A DNA stretch of 62,492 bases, filler included. It is 9 parts of 9 records of this genome, joined end to end, with 100 filler letters (N's around TTAATTAATTAA, not from the genome) between each part and the next. Parts side by side here need not be neighbours in the genome. Positions count along the whole stretch, not along the records: positions 44,506 to 49,808 come from SRR31156797_78229; positions 49,909 to 56,784 come from SRR31156797_78257; 7 more parts are not named here. One strand, written 5' to 3'. The notes under the pieces are model-generated. The model was not told where the DNA came from and did not search any database. It worked only from the letters and a program-made list of their open reading frames with translations. Shown piece after piece: positions 45,178 through 54,118 of this stretch. Position 1 is the first letter of the stretch, and the number at the start of each line of letters is the position of its first letter. Both the position numbers and the translations under genes were made by a program.

Positions 45178-45462
45178 ATGTGGAGAATCTCTATCGATTC
45201 CAGCATGAATGAGCGAAAATGGGAAGGGTGGCAAATCCCCTCTCATCAGCATCATTTTTCTTCTGATTCGCTGCGGCTTTTGATTAGAAGTATGGAGCTA
45301 AATATTGTTGATGAACACACGTATCGTTCGGGACATGTTTATGATCGATTAAAGGCGAAATGGTACCTGCGGCCTGTTGCCCTATCAATTGCCAAACTCT
45401 TTCGTAGGGGGAGTATGGTTGTTGTTTGCAAAAAAAATCTGAACAATTCAGGGCGAGGTTAA
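45178..45462 (+). pseudogene. Probable C-terminal remnant of a SAM methyltransferase
   Basis: WEGWQIPSHQHHFSSDSLRLL resembles the W..P.H...FS..SL..L tail motif; no SAM-binding N-terminus upstream. Confidence 0.4.
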
Positions 45463-45541
45463 GGGGAGATTCTTTGCTTGTCACAGAATAGTTGCGAACA
45501 AAGCAAGAGTTTATGAGGACGCCCTTGGCGTCATGTGCACC

Positions 45542-46324
45542 TTACATGTTGCTAAAAAGAGCTTTCCTTTTTTCAAGAAAAGCGGACATGCCTTCTTTTT
45601 GATCGGAGGTAGAAAAAAGACTGCCAAAAATAGAACTTTCATGGAGAATGGCTTCATTCTTTGGCATATCCAAGCCACTGCGGATGGTTTCTTTGGCAAA
45701 ACCTATGGCTGTTAATCCGTTTTTCATCATTGTTTCTGCGATATCTTTTGCCTCATCCAGCAGTGTGTTTTGTTCGACCACTTTGTTGACAATACCCCAT
45801 GCCTCTGCTTGGCTTGCCCCCAGCATTTTTCCGGTGAAAATAAGCTCTTTTGATCGATTTGGGCCTATAAGACGCGGCAGGTTTTGAGTGCCCCCAAACC
45901 CAGGTATGATCCCTAGGGTAACTTCCGGTAGTCCAAACTGAGCATTGCTTGATGCATAGATAAAGTCACAGGCTAAAGCGAGTTCAAATCCTCCACCCAG
46001 TGCATACCCATTTACTGCAGCAATGAAAACCTTATCCATTGTTTCAATGTTGCGAAGAAGATTTTGTCCTTTACGCGAAAAATGAAGTGCCTGAACAGTA
46101 TCCATTTCAGCCATTTCTGAGATATCTGCTCCTGCTACAAAAGCTTTGTCACCAGCGCCAGTAATAAGTACAGTTTTTATTGCGCTGTCAGTACGGATAT
46201 TTTCAATAGTACTTGCTAATGCATCGAGCAGTTCACTATTAAGAGCATTTAAACTTTGCGGCTTGTTAATTGTAACAATACAAATACCATTTTCAGTGTT
46301 TGTTTTAATAATCGGTTCCTTCAT
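45542..46324 (-). CDS. Enoyl-CoA hydratase (crotonase)
   Basis: AFVAGADI, NGYALGGGFELALACD, FGLPEV, PGFGGTQ. Confidence 0.93.
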   Translation of the reverse strand: MKEPIIKTNTENGICIVTINKPQSLNALNSELLDALASTIENIRTDSAIKTVLITGAGDKAFVAGADISEMAEMDTVQALHFSRKGQNLLRNIETMDKVFIAAVNGYALGGGFELALACDFIYASSNAQFGLPEVTLGIIPGFGGTQNLPRLIGPNRSKELIFTGKMLGASQAEAWGIVNKVVEQNTLLDEAKDIAETMMKNGLTAIGFAKETIRSGLDMPKNEAILHESSIFGSLFSTSDQKEGMSAFLEKRKALFSNM

Positions 46325-46517
46325 GTCTGCTCCAATAGTCGTCTGTGCATTAAAGTGAGGGAAATCTAAAAGTACATGATACCTGGTCGGAAAAAAGAGA
46401 AGTGCTTGTTTATTATATATAAAGTGATTTTTATGCTTGTGGGTGCAGTAAGGAATCGAGAGCAGACCACTTGTTGAATGGAGTGAGTGCTTGCTTAACG
46501 GTGGCAGTTCAATACTT

Positions 46518-46562
46518 CAGCAGTAAGCCATATCCTTTGTAAAAGGGCATGGCTTGCTGCTG
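46518..46562 (-). terminator. Stem-loop downstream of the Ysc84-like gene
   Basis: Inverted repeat cagcagtaagccat...atggcttgctgctg. Confidence 0.55.
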
Positions 46563-46597
46563 GTCTCTTGTTTTGAATCTAAATCAAATTTCTCGAT

Positions 46598-47191
46598 TTA
46601 TTGTCCCAGGAATTTTCCCCCTGCAACCTTTCTTGTAAAACTAAATTTCTGGCCACCGAGACTTGCCTCATACATCAAACCGCCCTTGGTGATAGTATAG
46701 GTTGCTATCCCTTTGTTGTACCCTGAACTGGCTATTTTAGCGTTGTTTTTTCCTCCGCTTGCTGCTGCTGATCCCCCCGCCGTATTTGCTGAAGCGCCAA
46801 CGGCTGCTGTCAATGCGGTGGCCTGAGCCTCGGCACCGAATTCAAAGTTACCAGTGGTGAATTCGTCCAGTGCTCGTTTATCCTGAAAAAAGACTACCTG
46901 ACTGAAGCCTGTTCCTCCCAGCTGAAATCCAATGGTGGCCTGTGTCATGGCAGTATCGCCAACAAATTTACCCTGTTCATAGACTCTGCCTTCTCCGTAC
47001 GCGCCGCCAACGACGAACCCAGCCTTACCGATGGTCGGGAAGAGAGCATACCCGTAAGCAGTTTGAAACATTTTCGAAATTCCAGCATCTAGAAACATCT
47101 TTTTTGTTTGCTCGTATTTGTCAGCCCAGGCAGGGGAGGACAGTAAGCTAAAAGCCAAAGTAAGTACCACGAAACGCATGATTCGATCCAT
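46598..47191 (-). CDS. Ysc84/SYLF lipid-binding domain exported protein
   Basis: Signal peptide; FPTIGKAGFVVGGAYGEG, GFQLG, GGLMYEASLGGQKF. Confidence 0.88.
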   Translation of the reverse strand: MDRIMRFVVLTLAFSLLSSPAWADKYEQTKKMFLDAGISKMFQTAYGYALFPTIGKAGFVVGGAYGEGRVYEQGKFVGDTAMTQATIGFQLGGTGFSQVVFFQDKRALDEFTTGNFEFGAEAQATALTAAVGASANTAGGSAAASGGKNNAKIASSGYNKGIATYTITKGGLMYEASLGGQKFSFTRKVAGGKFLGQ

Positions 47192-47521
47192 CGTAATTCT
47201 CCTCGTATAACTTTTCTATTGAATAAAAAGGATAAAAAAAAACTCCTGACCGCCCCAAGGCGAAAGAGTTGGCGATCAATGAAATATTCAAATCAACCCT
47301 AGCATATACGATTTGGTTCTACAAGATTTCGGTACTCCATCCCATGATAATGACAGCAAAAAAGAAGCTCATAGTGTGGTTAGGGATCAGGCGCTTTAGG
47401 AGGGGTAAAGCTATTTTTGTCAATAAGAGTTGTTGATATCCCGTCGGATTGTTTATAAAGAGTATCCGGATCTACAGGCCACCTTAAAAAAGACTTTTCC
47501 CGGATATCCAGCAAAATAAAC

Positions 47522-48049
47522 ATGCGCAATACTCAGATACGTCATCCCCACATATATGATGGCTCAGTAAGTGAACGGCTTGAAGTCAGTAATAAGATTT
47601 TGTCAATGCTTGGTGGAGAGTTAAGACAGGATTCCGATTTTCAACATCAGTTTTCCCTGCTCCAGGAGTATGCAGCGGCATTGAACCTGCACATGGTAAA
47701 CATGGAACTTGGTGCACTTTGCGGGAAATGCGCAGCCACCCCTTCCGGTGGTTGCTGCAGCCTTTTTATGAGTGGTGAGGTGGATGCTGTTCAGCTTTGT
47801 TTGAATATCCTTGCCGGTATAGAGGCCAAGATTGTGCAATCCAGTGGTGAGGAATGCTTATTCCTTGGTAAAAAGGGTTGTATCTTTCTCTTTAAGCCCA
47901 TGTTTTGTCTCAACTATAACTGCAAGCACATTTATGACACCGGAACGCCTGCAGACTTACAAGAGTTGGAAAAACTGACAGGTAAACTCCTTGGAAAACA
48001 ATATCAGCTTGAGCAGCATATCTTGAATCTTCTGGATACGGGTGCCTGA
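47522..48049 (+). CDS. Cys-rich hypothetical protein (YkgJ-like metal/FeS-binding)
   Basis: CxxC...CC...CLFL...C...P..C...C pattern. Confidence 0.7.
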   Translation: MRNTQIRHPHIYDGSVSERLEVSNKILSMLGGELRQDSDFQHQFSLLQEYAAALNLHMVNMELGALCGKCAATPSGGCCSLFMSGEVDAVQLCLNILAGIEAKIVQSSGEECLFLGKKGCIFLFKPMFCLNYNCKHIYDTGTPADLQELEKLTGKLLGKQYQLEQHILNLLDTGA

Positions 48050-48070
48050 CCACACACTCTAGTTGGTAAT

Positions 48071-48838
48071 ATGATGCTGATGGATGTACGATATTTATTA
48101 AAAGGAGTGCTGCTTCCCCCATTCATCCAAATAATTCTTCTTTTGGTTGCCTGGAAAATTCAAAGGCGGAGCCCCGTAATATCAAAAGCCATATTCCTGA
48201 TTGCTGTCTGCAGCCTCTGGCTGCTGGGAAGCCCACTGGTGGCAGCTTTTCTTGTCCAGAGCCTGGAACAATACCCCGCGTTGAGTGCTGAGCGCCTTGG
48301 TGATATACAGGCCGATGCGATTATCATTTTATCCGCTAGCCAAAACGAATATGCGCCAGAGTTCGGCGAGCCCGTGAGTGGGGAAGAGCAACTCGTTAGG
48401 ATCAGGCATGGTGCTTTTTTACAAAAAAAGACAGGGTTGCCTGTATTGCTGAGCGGAGGCTCTGTCAGGGGAGATGAACAGCGAAGTCTTGCCGAGACCA
48501 TGGCATATGATTTTGTAAAGGGCTACGGTGGGCAGGTGCGTTGGCTGGAAAAGAAAAGCAGAACCACGGTGGAAAACAGTCGCTACTGTTATGCTCTCCT
48601 TTCTCGAGAAAACAAGACCACTATTGTACTTGTAACCAGCGCCAGTCATATGATGCGGGCAAAGTGGAGCTTTGAACAGGCTGGGTTTAAGGTGCTGCCT
48701 GCTCCGACTAATTTTTTAGACCGCAGACCCTTGAGGGTCAATTCGTTCGTGCCCAATGCAAACGCACTTATGCATAGCAGTGAAGCACTTCATGAGTGGC
48801 TTGGTTACTGGGTGTATCAGTTAATTGAGGACTCGTAA
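48071..48838 (+). CDS. YdcF/DUF218 (ElyC-like) membrane protein
   Basis: LLSGG, SRTTVEN, LVTSASHMMRA, HEWLG. Confidence 0.9.
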   Translation: MMLMDVRYLLKGVLLPPFIQIILLLVAWKIQRRSPVISKAIFLIAVCSLWLLGSPLVAAFLVQSLEQYPALSAERLGDIQADAIIILSASQNEYAPEFGEPVSGEEQLVRIRHGAFLQKKTGLPVLLSGGSVRGDEQRSLAETMAYDFVKGYGGQVRWLEKKSRTTVENSRYCYALLSRENKTTIVLVTSASHMMRAKWSFEQAGFKVLPAPTNFLDRRPLRVNSFVPNANALMHSSEALHEWLGYWVYQLIEDS

Positions 48839-49023
48839 ATAAACCATTACACTCTAAACTAAGGCTCTATTTTTTCATTTTATTCAATCTTTGTTTACCT
48901 GTCCTGGGTACGCAGCCATAAATTTGAAGACTGGCCAGTTTCATACCATTTCTTTACTTTATACAGTACCCACCGCCTGCAGTTTTTATTTCTTCGTACT
49001 TCTAGCTTTTTTTGCAAAGCACA

Positions 49024-49087
49024 TGTTGTGTTTTTGATAACATGTTGTCATGTGAACAACGTTAGTGGTGTTGTTTTTTTCACATCA
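49024..49087. promoter_or_regulatory. Three tandem palindromic enhancer sites, TGTTGT-N7-ACAACA-like
   Basis: 49024 tgttgt-gtttttg-ataaca; 49043 tgttgt-catgtga-acaacg; 49069 tgttgt-ttttttc-acatca. Confidence 0.65.
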
Positions 49088-49094
49088 TTGACGG

Positions 49095-49107
49095 TAACTA
49101 TTTGATA
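49095..49107 (-). promoter_or_regulatory. IHF binding site
   Basis: Minus strand TATCAAATAGTTA is an exact match to WATCAAN4TTR and lies between the enhancers and the sigma54 promoter. Confidence 0.65.
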
Positions 49108-49124
49108 TTTATAATGTTGCAAAT

Positions 49125-49140
49125 TGGCACGACCGTTGCT
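49125..49140 (+). promoter_or_regulatory. Sigma54 -24/-12 promoter
   Basis: TGGCAC-GACCG-TTGCT matches TGGCAC-N5-TTGCW. Confidence 0.85.
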
Positions 49141-49213
49141 TTATCAAAAGGAAATACAAATGGGAACGGTTGTTCCTGAAGCAGAAGTCTTAAGTGGACT
49201 CAAGGAATACACA

Positions 49214-49534
49214 ATGCAGATAATTAAACTCGATGACACCAATGAATTTACCCCAGACAAAATGAAACGATTTTTTCTGGTAGAAGATTCACCAAATTTC
49301 AAAATCATAAATTTTAACCTGGATGCCGGGGTAACGTTTCCTGTTCACTCTCACGATCTGGATGGTGAATTATCGATTTTGGTCCTTGATGGTGAGGGCT
49401 TTTTTCTTGGTGAAAATAATGCAGAGATACCTGCAAAAACCGGAGATCTGCTTATCTCACAAATTAGTGAACCTCATGGGGTAAGAGCAGCAACAAAAAT
49501 GAGAATTCTGGTAACCATCACCCCACCGATTTGA
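49214..49534 (+). CDS. Cupin domain protein
   Basis: RBS aagga then ATG; PVHSH...E...GEG...EPHGV cupin motifs. Confidence 0.88.
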   Translation: MQIIKLDDTNEFTPDKMKRFFLVEDSPNFKIINFNLDAGVTFPVHSHDLDGELSILVLDGEGFFLGENNAEIPAKTGDLLISQISEPHGVRAATKMRILVTITPPI

Positions 49535-49598
49535 TGGCGGGTTGATGGTTGACAGTTTTTATAAGGATACGTAGTGGAGATAACGGCAAATCTTGAAA

Positions 49599-49614
49599 CT
49601 TGATACAGGTCAAG
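49599..49614. promoter_or_regulatory. CRP/FNR-family (HcpR/DNR-like) box upstream of hcp
   Basis: cTTGATacagGTCAAg palindrome, with a TATATA -10-like element about 20 nt downstream. Confidence 0.7.
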
Positions 49615-49778
49615 GAGTTGCTTTTTAAAAGAGTATATATAGTTGAAAATTAATTAGTATTGCATGTAGGCTGTATCACCTCTGCATGCAAAGCGTTTTT
49701 GGTTCAATCCCTAGCCCACATGCATCGTTTCAGCGCAAATAAGAACGGGCTCAACAAACATTATAAGGAATGAGAATA

Positions 49779-49808
49779 ATGAGTATGTTTTGTTTTCAAT
49801 GTCAGGAA
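49779..49808 (+). CDS. hcp: Hybrid cluster protein, first 10 codons only
   Basis: RBS aagga; MSMFCFQCQE matches the characteristic Hcp N-terminus MFCxQCxE/Q. Confidence 0.8.
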
Positions 49809-49908
49809 NNNNNNNNNNNNNNNNNNNNNNNNNNNNNNNNNNNNNNNNNNNNTTAATTAATTAANNNNNNNNNNNNNNNNNNNNNNNNNNNNNNNNNNNN
49901 NNNNNNNN
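49809..49908. other. Artificial contig spacer
   Basis: N44-ttaattaattaa-N44. Confidence 0.99.
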
Positions 49909-50406
49909 ATCGAGGACACCAACCAGCCGACCATTGCCCGCCGCCTGGAGGCTGCGAGCTTTTCAGTCAAACAGGGTCCCGCACTTCATGACGACCGGGA
50001 TCTTATTGCCGGCCGCTTGCGCCAGGCTGTGGACCAGGGCTTTGGGCTAATCATAACCACCGGAGGAGTGGGGGCCGAGGCCAAGGATCAGACAGTTGAA
50101 GCCCTGCAGACGCTGGACCCGGACGCGGCAGTTCCTTACATCGCTCGATTCGAAAAGGGTACAGGCCGGCATGCCAAGGATGGCGTCAGAATCGGGGCGG
50201 GCATGGTCCAAGGGACATTGATCGTGGCCCTGCCCGGCCCCAATGACGAGGTCAGGCGGGGATTGGAAGTCCTGATTCCGCTTCTTGAGGCAGGCGCGGA
50301 TAAACATACCGTGGCCGAAGCCGTTGCCAGGGATCTGCGTGAAGTGCTCCGCAGTAAGATGAAATGCCATGCTGCTTGCCGTCATGCCGTCAGCCCGCTG
50401 CCTTGA
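49909..50406 (+). CDS. Molybdopterin-binding (MogA/MoeA/CinA-like) domain protein, 3' fragment
   Basis: IEDTN..., LIITTGGVG...D.T, VALPGP. Confidence 0.8.
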   Translation: MEDTNQPTIARRLEAASFSVKQGPALHDDRDLIAGRLRQAVDQGFGLIITTGGVGAEAKDQTVEALQTLDPDAAVPYIARFEKGTGRHAKDGVRIGAGMVQGTLIVALPGPNDEVRRGLEVLIPLLEAGADKHTVAEAVARDLREVLRSKMKCHAACRHAVSPLP

Positions 50407-50434
50407 CATTATTATTGATAACGTTGAACCTTGT

Positions 50435-50456
50435 AGGCGCTTCGTGCGCCTTTTTT
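50435..50456 (+). terminator. Intrinsic terminator
   Basis: aggcgc-ttcgt-gcgcct followed by a T run. Confidence 0.7.
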
Positions 50457-50599
50457 ATAATTCCAAGGCATCTGCTCCTGCCCATATTTGAAAACTTTCC
50501 CAGGACTCCTGTCCAACTTTTTATATGGCCGTCTGAAAAAGTCGGCGGCGCCGGTTTGAGATATCTTTTCATAAAATTCTTGTTTATAACCGCTATGTG

Positions 50600-50619
50600 A
50601 TATATAATTTATTATATAT
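50600..50619. promoter_or_regulatory. AT-rich palindrome, candidate PadR operator
   Basis: atatataat-tt-attatatat about 30 nt upstream of padR. Confidence 0.4.
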
Positions 50620-50649
50620 AATAATTGATATATTCTTGAGGTGTCGTCC

Positions 50650-51201
50650 ATGCTCAAATTCGCCCTGTTGGGATTCCTTAATTACAAACCAATGACCGGA
50701 TACGACCTAAAACAGGCTATGGAGAAATCCACTGCGAACTTCTGGCAAGCTAAACAGAGCCAGATATATACAACGCTTAAAGATATGGAAAAAAAAGAAT
50801 TGGTTGTATCCCATTCCGAAGCTCAGACGCGAAGACCGGACAGGCGTGTTTACACTATTACTCCAACTGGGAAGAATGATTTGGAAAAATGGCTGCTTGA
50901 ACCCGTAACGGCGCTGGAGTCGCATAAGAATACTCTTTTATTAAAATTATTCTTTTCTTCGGGAGTTGACAGGGAAGTTCTTCTAACCCGGCTGAGACAA
51001 TTAATGGCCCTGCACCAGCATGAACTTGAGCGGTACAGAACAGAAACCAAATCTATTATAAAAGAGAAGACTCGAAACAAACCTGAGTTACGCCTCGATG
51101 CCGTATTGTGGGATTCCACCAGACGTCTCGGTGAAATGCACGAAGAGATGTATGTTGCCTGGCTGGAAGAAACAATCGCCAGGATTGATAAGAATTTTTA
51201 A
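50650..51201 (+). CDS. PadR family regulator with an AphA-like C-terminal domain
   Basis: PMTGYDL, FWQAKQSQIYTTL, RPDRRVYTIT, LLKLFF; RBS gaggtg. Confidence 0.92.
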   Translation: MLKFALLGFLNYKPMTGYDLKQAMEKSTANFWQAKQSQIYTTLKDMEKKELVVSHSEAQTRRPDRRVYTITPTGKNDLEKWLLEPVTALESHKNTLLLKLFFSSGVDREVLLTRLRQLMALHQHELERYRTETKSIIKEKTRNKPELRLDAVLWDSTRRLGEMHEEMYVAWLEETIARIDKNF

Positions 51202-51278
51202 AAGAAAGACGCCTGAAGAAGGCCGGGTCGTGTTTTGTCGCATCAACACCATTTATCGTTTATCCAAAGGAGGACGCC

Positions 51279-52352
51279 ATGAAAGTGCTGGCTTTGAATT
51301 CAAGCGCCCGTACGAGCGGGCAAAGCAAAACCGAACTATTACTCCGCAGCCTGGTGGAAGGAATGCATCAGGCGGGCGCCGAAGTCGAAACCGTTAATCT
51401 CCGGGAAAAGAAAATAAATGTATGCGCCGGATGCTTTACCTGTTGGACTAAAACGCCGGGGGAATGCATTCACCGGGACGATATGACCAAAGAGCTTTTC
51501 CCCAAGTGGCGAGACGCCGATGTTTGCATATATGCCACCCCGCTTTTTCATCATACGGTCAATGCCACGATGAAGACTTTTATAGAAAGAACTCTACCCG
51601 TAGCCGAACCATACCTGGTTGATGAAGGAGACCGCTGGTCCCACCCGCTACGGACCACTCCGCCGGCGGCTGTGGTTATTTCGGTTGCGGGATTTCCGGC
51701 CATGTCCGCTTTTGACGCCATGACTCATTATGTCAATTATCTGTTCGGCCGCCGGGAAGGCGGGTTGTTGGCTGAGATATACCGTCCCGGAGCGGAAGCC
51801 CTGCTTAATGCCGGCGCCGTAAAAGATGATATTCTGGAGGCCATGAAACAGGCCGGGCGGGAGCTGGTGGAATCAAACAAAATAACGGAACAAACAATGG
51901 CCGGAATCATTCAACCATTGACCATGGACATGCAGGATTTTGCTGATGTGGCTAACTGCATGTGGGACACATGCATTGAAGCCGGAGTCAATCCAAAGGA
52001 ATTTCAACAAAAAGGCATGACGCCCAGGCCAAACTCCATAAAGATGTTCATGCTGCTCATGTCTTTCGGCTTTAACCCGGAGGGCGCCGGGGAATCAAAA
52101 GCGGTTCTGCAATACCATTTTACCGGCGAGGTGGAAGGCTCCTGTTATTTCAAAATCGGCGACGGTAAAATATCGTCCAATATGGGGGCGGCCGATAATC
52201 CGGATTTGGTTATCAAAGCGCCTTTTGAAATCTGGATCGACATCATGACCAAGCAGGCCGATGGCGCCAAGATGTTCATGGAAGGTCAATACACAGCCGA
52301 GGGGGATATGGACCTCTTAATGAATATGAGCCGGTTTTTCGGCCGGGGCTGA
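51279..52352 (+). CDS. Iron-sulfur flavoprotein (flavodoxin-like) fused to a C-terminal SCP2 domain
   Basis: NSSAR...SKT FMN loop, CAGCFTCWTKTPGEC FeS motif, ATPL; C-terminal FNPE...YHFTG...MFMEGQYTAEGD SCP2. Confidence 0.85.
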   Translation: MKVLALNSSARTSGQSKTELLLRSLVEGMHQAGAEVETVNLREKKINVCAGCFTCWTKTPGECIHRDDMTKELFPKWRDADVCIYATPLFHHTVNATMKTFIERTLPVAEPYLVDEGDRWSHPLRTTPPAAVVISVAGFPAMSAFDAMTHYVNYLFGRREGGLLAEIYRPGAEALLNAGAVKDDILEAMKQAGRELVESNKITEQTMAGIIQPLTMDMQDFADVANCMWDTCIEAGVNPKEFQQKGMTPRPNSIKMFMLLMSFGFNPEGAGESKAVLQYHFTGEVEGSCYFKIGDGKISSNMGAADNPDLVIKAPFEIWIDIMTKQADGAKMFMEGQYTAEGDMDLLMNMSRFFGRG

Positions 52353-52402
52353 TAGGCGTGTAAATTTCCGAGGCGAACTCTATATTTTAGTGGTGCGTGA
52401 CT

Positions 52403-53425
52403 ATGAATTTGAGCATGAGACAGATGATAGAGGGAATGACGCTGGCTTTTAATCCTGAAGCCGCCGCTGATATGGAAGCGGATATTCAATTTCAAGTCAG
52501 TGGTTCGGAATCGGGTTCTTACTATCTGAATATTTCCGAAAGAGATTGCAAATTTAATCTCGGTGATTCAGATTCGCCTTCTCTTATAATTAAAACGCCG
52601 GCGGAAACATGGAAAAAAATAAGTTCGGGCGAAATATCCGGTCAGGATGCGCTTGAACAAGGCCTGTACAAGGTTGACGGGGATTTATCCATACTGTTGC
52701 GATTCGGCGAATTGTTTTCGGAACAAAAGGGATCTTATGAAAGCCCCCCGGATTTCAAACCTCCTGGCCCGGTAAAACTATCCGGCATGAAGTGGTTAAC
52801 AGTTGCATTTCTTCCCTGGATCTTTTTCTGGATCGCCTTCGAATCACTGGGCAACGGTTTGAATGTGATTATTCCGTTTGCATTATCACTATTACTGGTG
52901 GGTTATAAATTCACTAATAGGAATTTGACTTTTTTCGAAGCCGGCTCCCTGGGATTTTTCTCACTGGCGCTTATAATGAAGATTTCTAATTTTCCGGGTT
53001 TTGAAGTATGGGGCTCCGTGTTAGGGGCTTTGTACATGGCATTGCTGTGGCTTGGATCCCTGTTTATCGTCCGTATGCCCTTATGTGGAGAATATTCCAA
53101 ATGGAAATACATACCGCGACTTTGGCGTACGACTTTATTCATCTATCCCAACGCTGTCATCAGCTTGATGTGGGGCGGGCAATTTCTGCTAGCTTCCGTT
53201 TTGGGCATGGCTGCAGTTTTATTTCCTTCACACGCCGGCATACTGAACACGCTGCGTTTTTTGCTCCTGATTCCGGCTTTTGTATTTACCGCGGTCTATC
53301 AAAAGGGGGTTGTCGGACGTATGTATCCGGATATAGATCGTTCTCTCGGGAAAGTGCGATTATGGGGCGGTTTGGGATTTATAGCCGGTCTGTGCCTTAT
53401 CCTGGCAGCATTTTCAACTGCATAA
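52403..53425 (+). CDS. SCP2 domain fused to a multi-pass membrane domain
   Basis: N-terminal AFNPEAA...IQFQVSG...GLYKVDGDL, then about 7 TM segments. Confidence 0.82.
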   Translation: MNLSMRQMIEGMTLAFNPEAAADMEADIQFQVSGSESGSYYLNISERDCKFNLGDSDSPSLIIKTPAETWKKISSGEISGQDALEQGLYKVDGDLSILLRFGELFSEQKGSYESPPDFKPPGPVKLSGMKWLTVAFLPWIFFWIAFESLGNGLNVIIPFALSLLLVGYKFTNRNLTFFEAGSLGFFSLALIMKISNFPGFEVWGSVLGALYMALLWLGSLFIVRMPLCGEYSKWKYIPRLWRTTLFIYPNAVISLMWGGQFLLASVLGMAAVLFPSHAGILNTLRFLLLIPAFVFTAVYQKGVVGRMYPDIDRSLGKVRLWGGLGFIAGLCLILAAFSTA

Positions 53426-53539
53426 AGGGGAGATGCAGCCCGGTTCAACTTAAGCATTTGTAATGTATATAAAGCCGCTTTGTGCTACAATATGATTTAA
53501 TCCTGATAACGTTTACATTTAACCGGTTCGATTACGACT

Positions 53540-54076
53540 ATGAAAGGTACTCCTGTGTCTTCATACGACAACTTAAGCAAGGACGACCTTATCATCCTGC
53601 TCAATAAATGCTGGATGACTCACGATGGAATGTGGTTCTTTCATTGCGCCCGGGAATTCGGAATGGAAACGGCCAACAGGATGAACAAGGCGGCCATCAA
53701 GTCGCTGGCCCCCTTTGAAATATCCAGGATGCGAAAAGCCCTGGGTTTTGAAGATAAAACCATAGACAGTTTCAGCGATCTCAGATTGTTTATGGAAGGG
53801 GCTTCATACCTGGTTATACCGCCTTTCATGAACATCGGGTTCAGGTTTACCGACGACTGCAATCTTGAATGGGAATTTGAAAAAGAAAAATGCTTTGCAT
53901 ACGTGGGCATCAAGCGCGCCGGCGCCATATCCGAATACCAGTGCGGAGTTATCTACAGAATTAAATGCTGGCTGGAAAACCTTGATCTAAATTTCCGCGT
54001 AGAGCCTGAACCCGGCGGTTGTCTGATGCATGAATACGGGTCCTGCTCGGGGCGTTTCATGCTCGAATTCAATTAA
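53540..54076 (+). CDS. DUF6125-like protein
   Basis: WMTHDGMWF...G...A...N and C...C...W...P...C pattern. Confidence 0.7.
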   Translation: MKGTPVSSYDNLSKDDLIILLNKCWMTHDGMWFFHCAREFGMETANRMNKAAIKSLAPFEISRMRKALGFEDKTIDSFSDLRLFMEGASYLVIPPFMNIGFRFTDDCNLEWEFEKEKCFAYVGIKRAGAISEYQCGVIYRIKCWLENLDLNFRVEPEPGGCLMHEYGSCSGRFMLEFN

Positions 54077-54118
54077 TTTTACCTTGTTCAAAAGATTATT
54101 CCCGGCTTGGGTGGATTT

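Noticed and set aside
35371-49140. NifA-like protein as activator of the sigma54 cupin promoter
   Set aside because: Different contigs, and the sites are GT-N7-AC-like rather than the NifA TGT-N10-ACA
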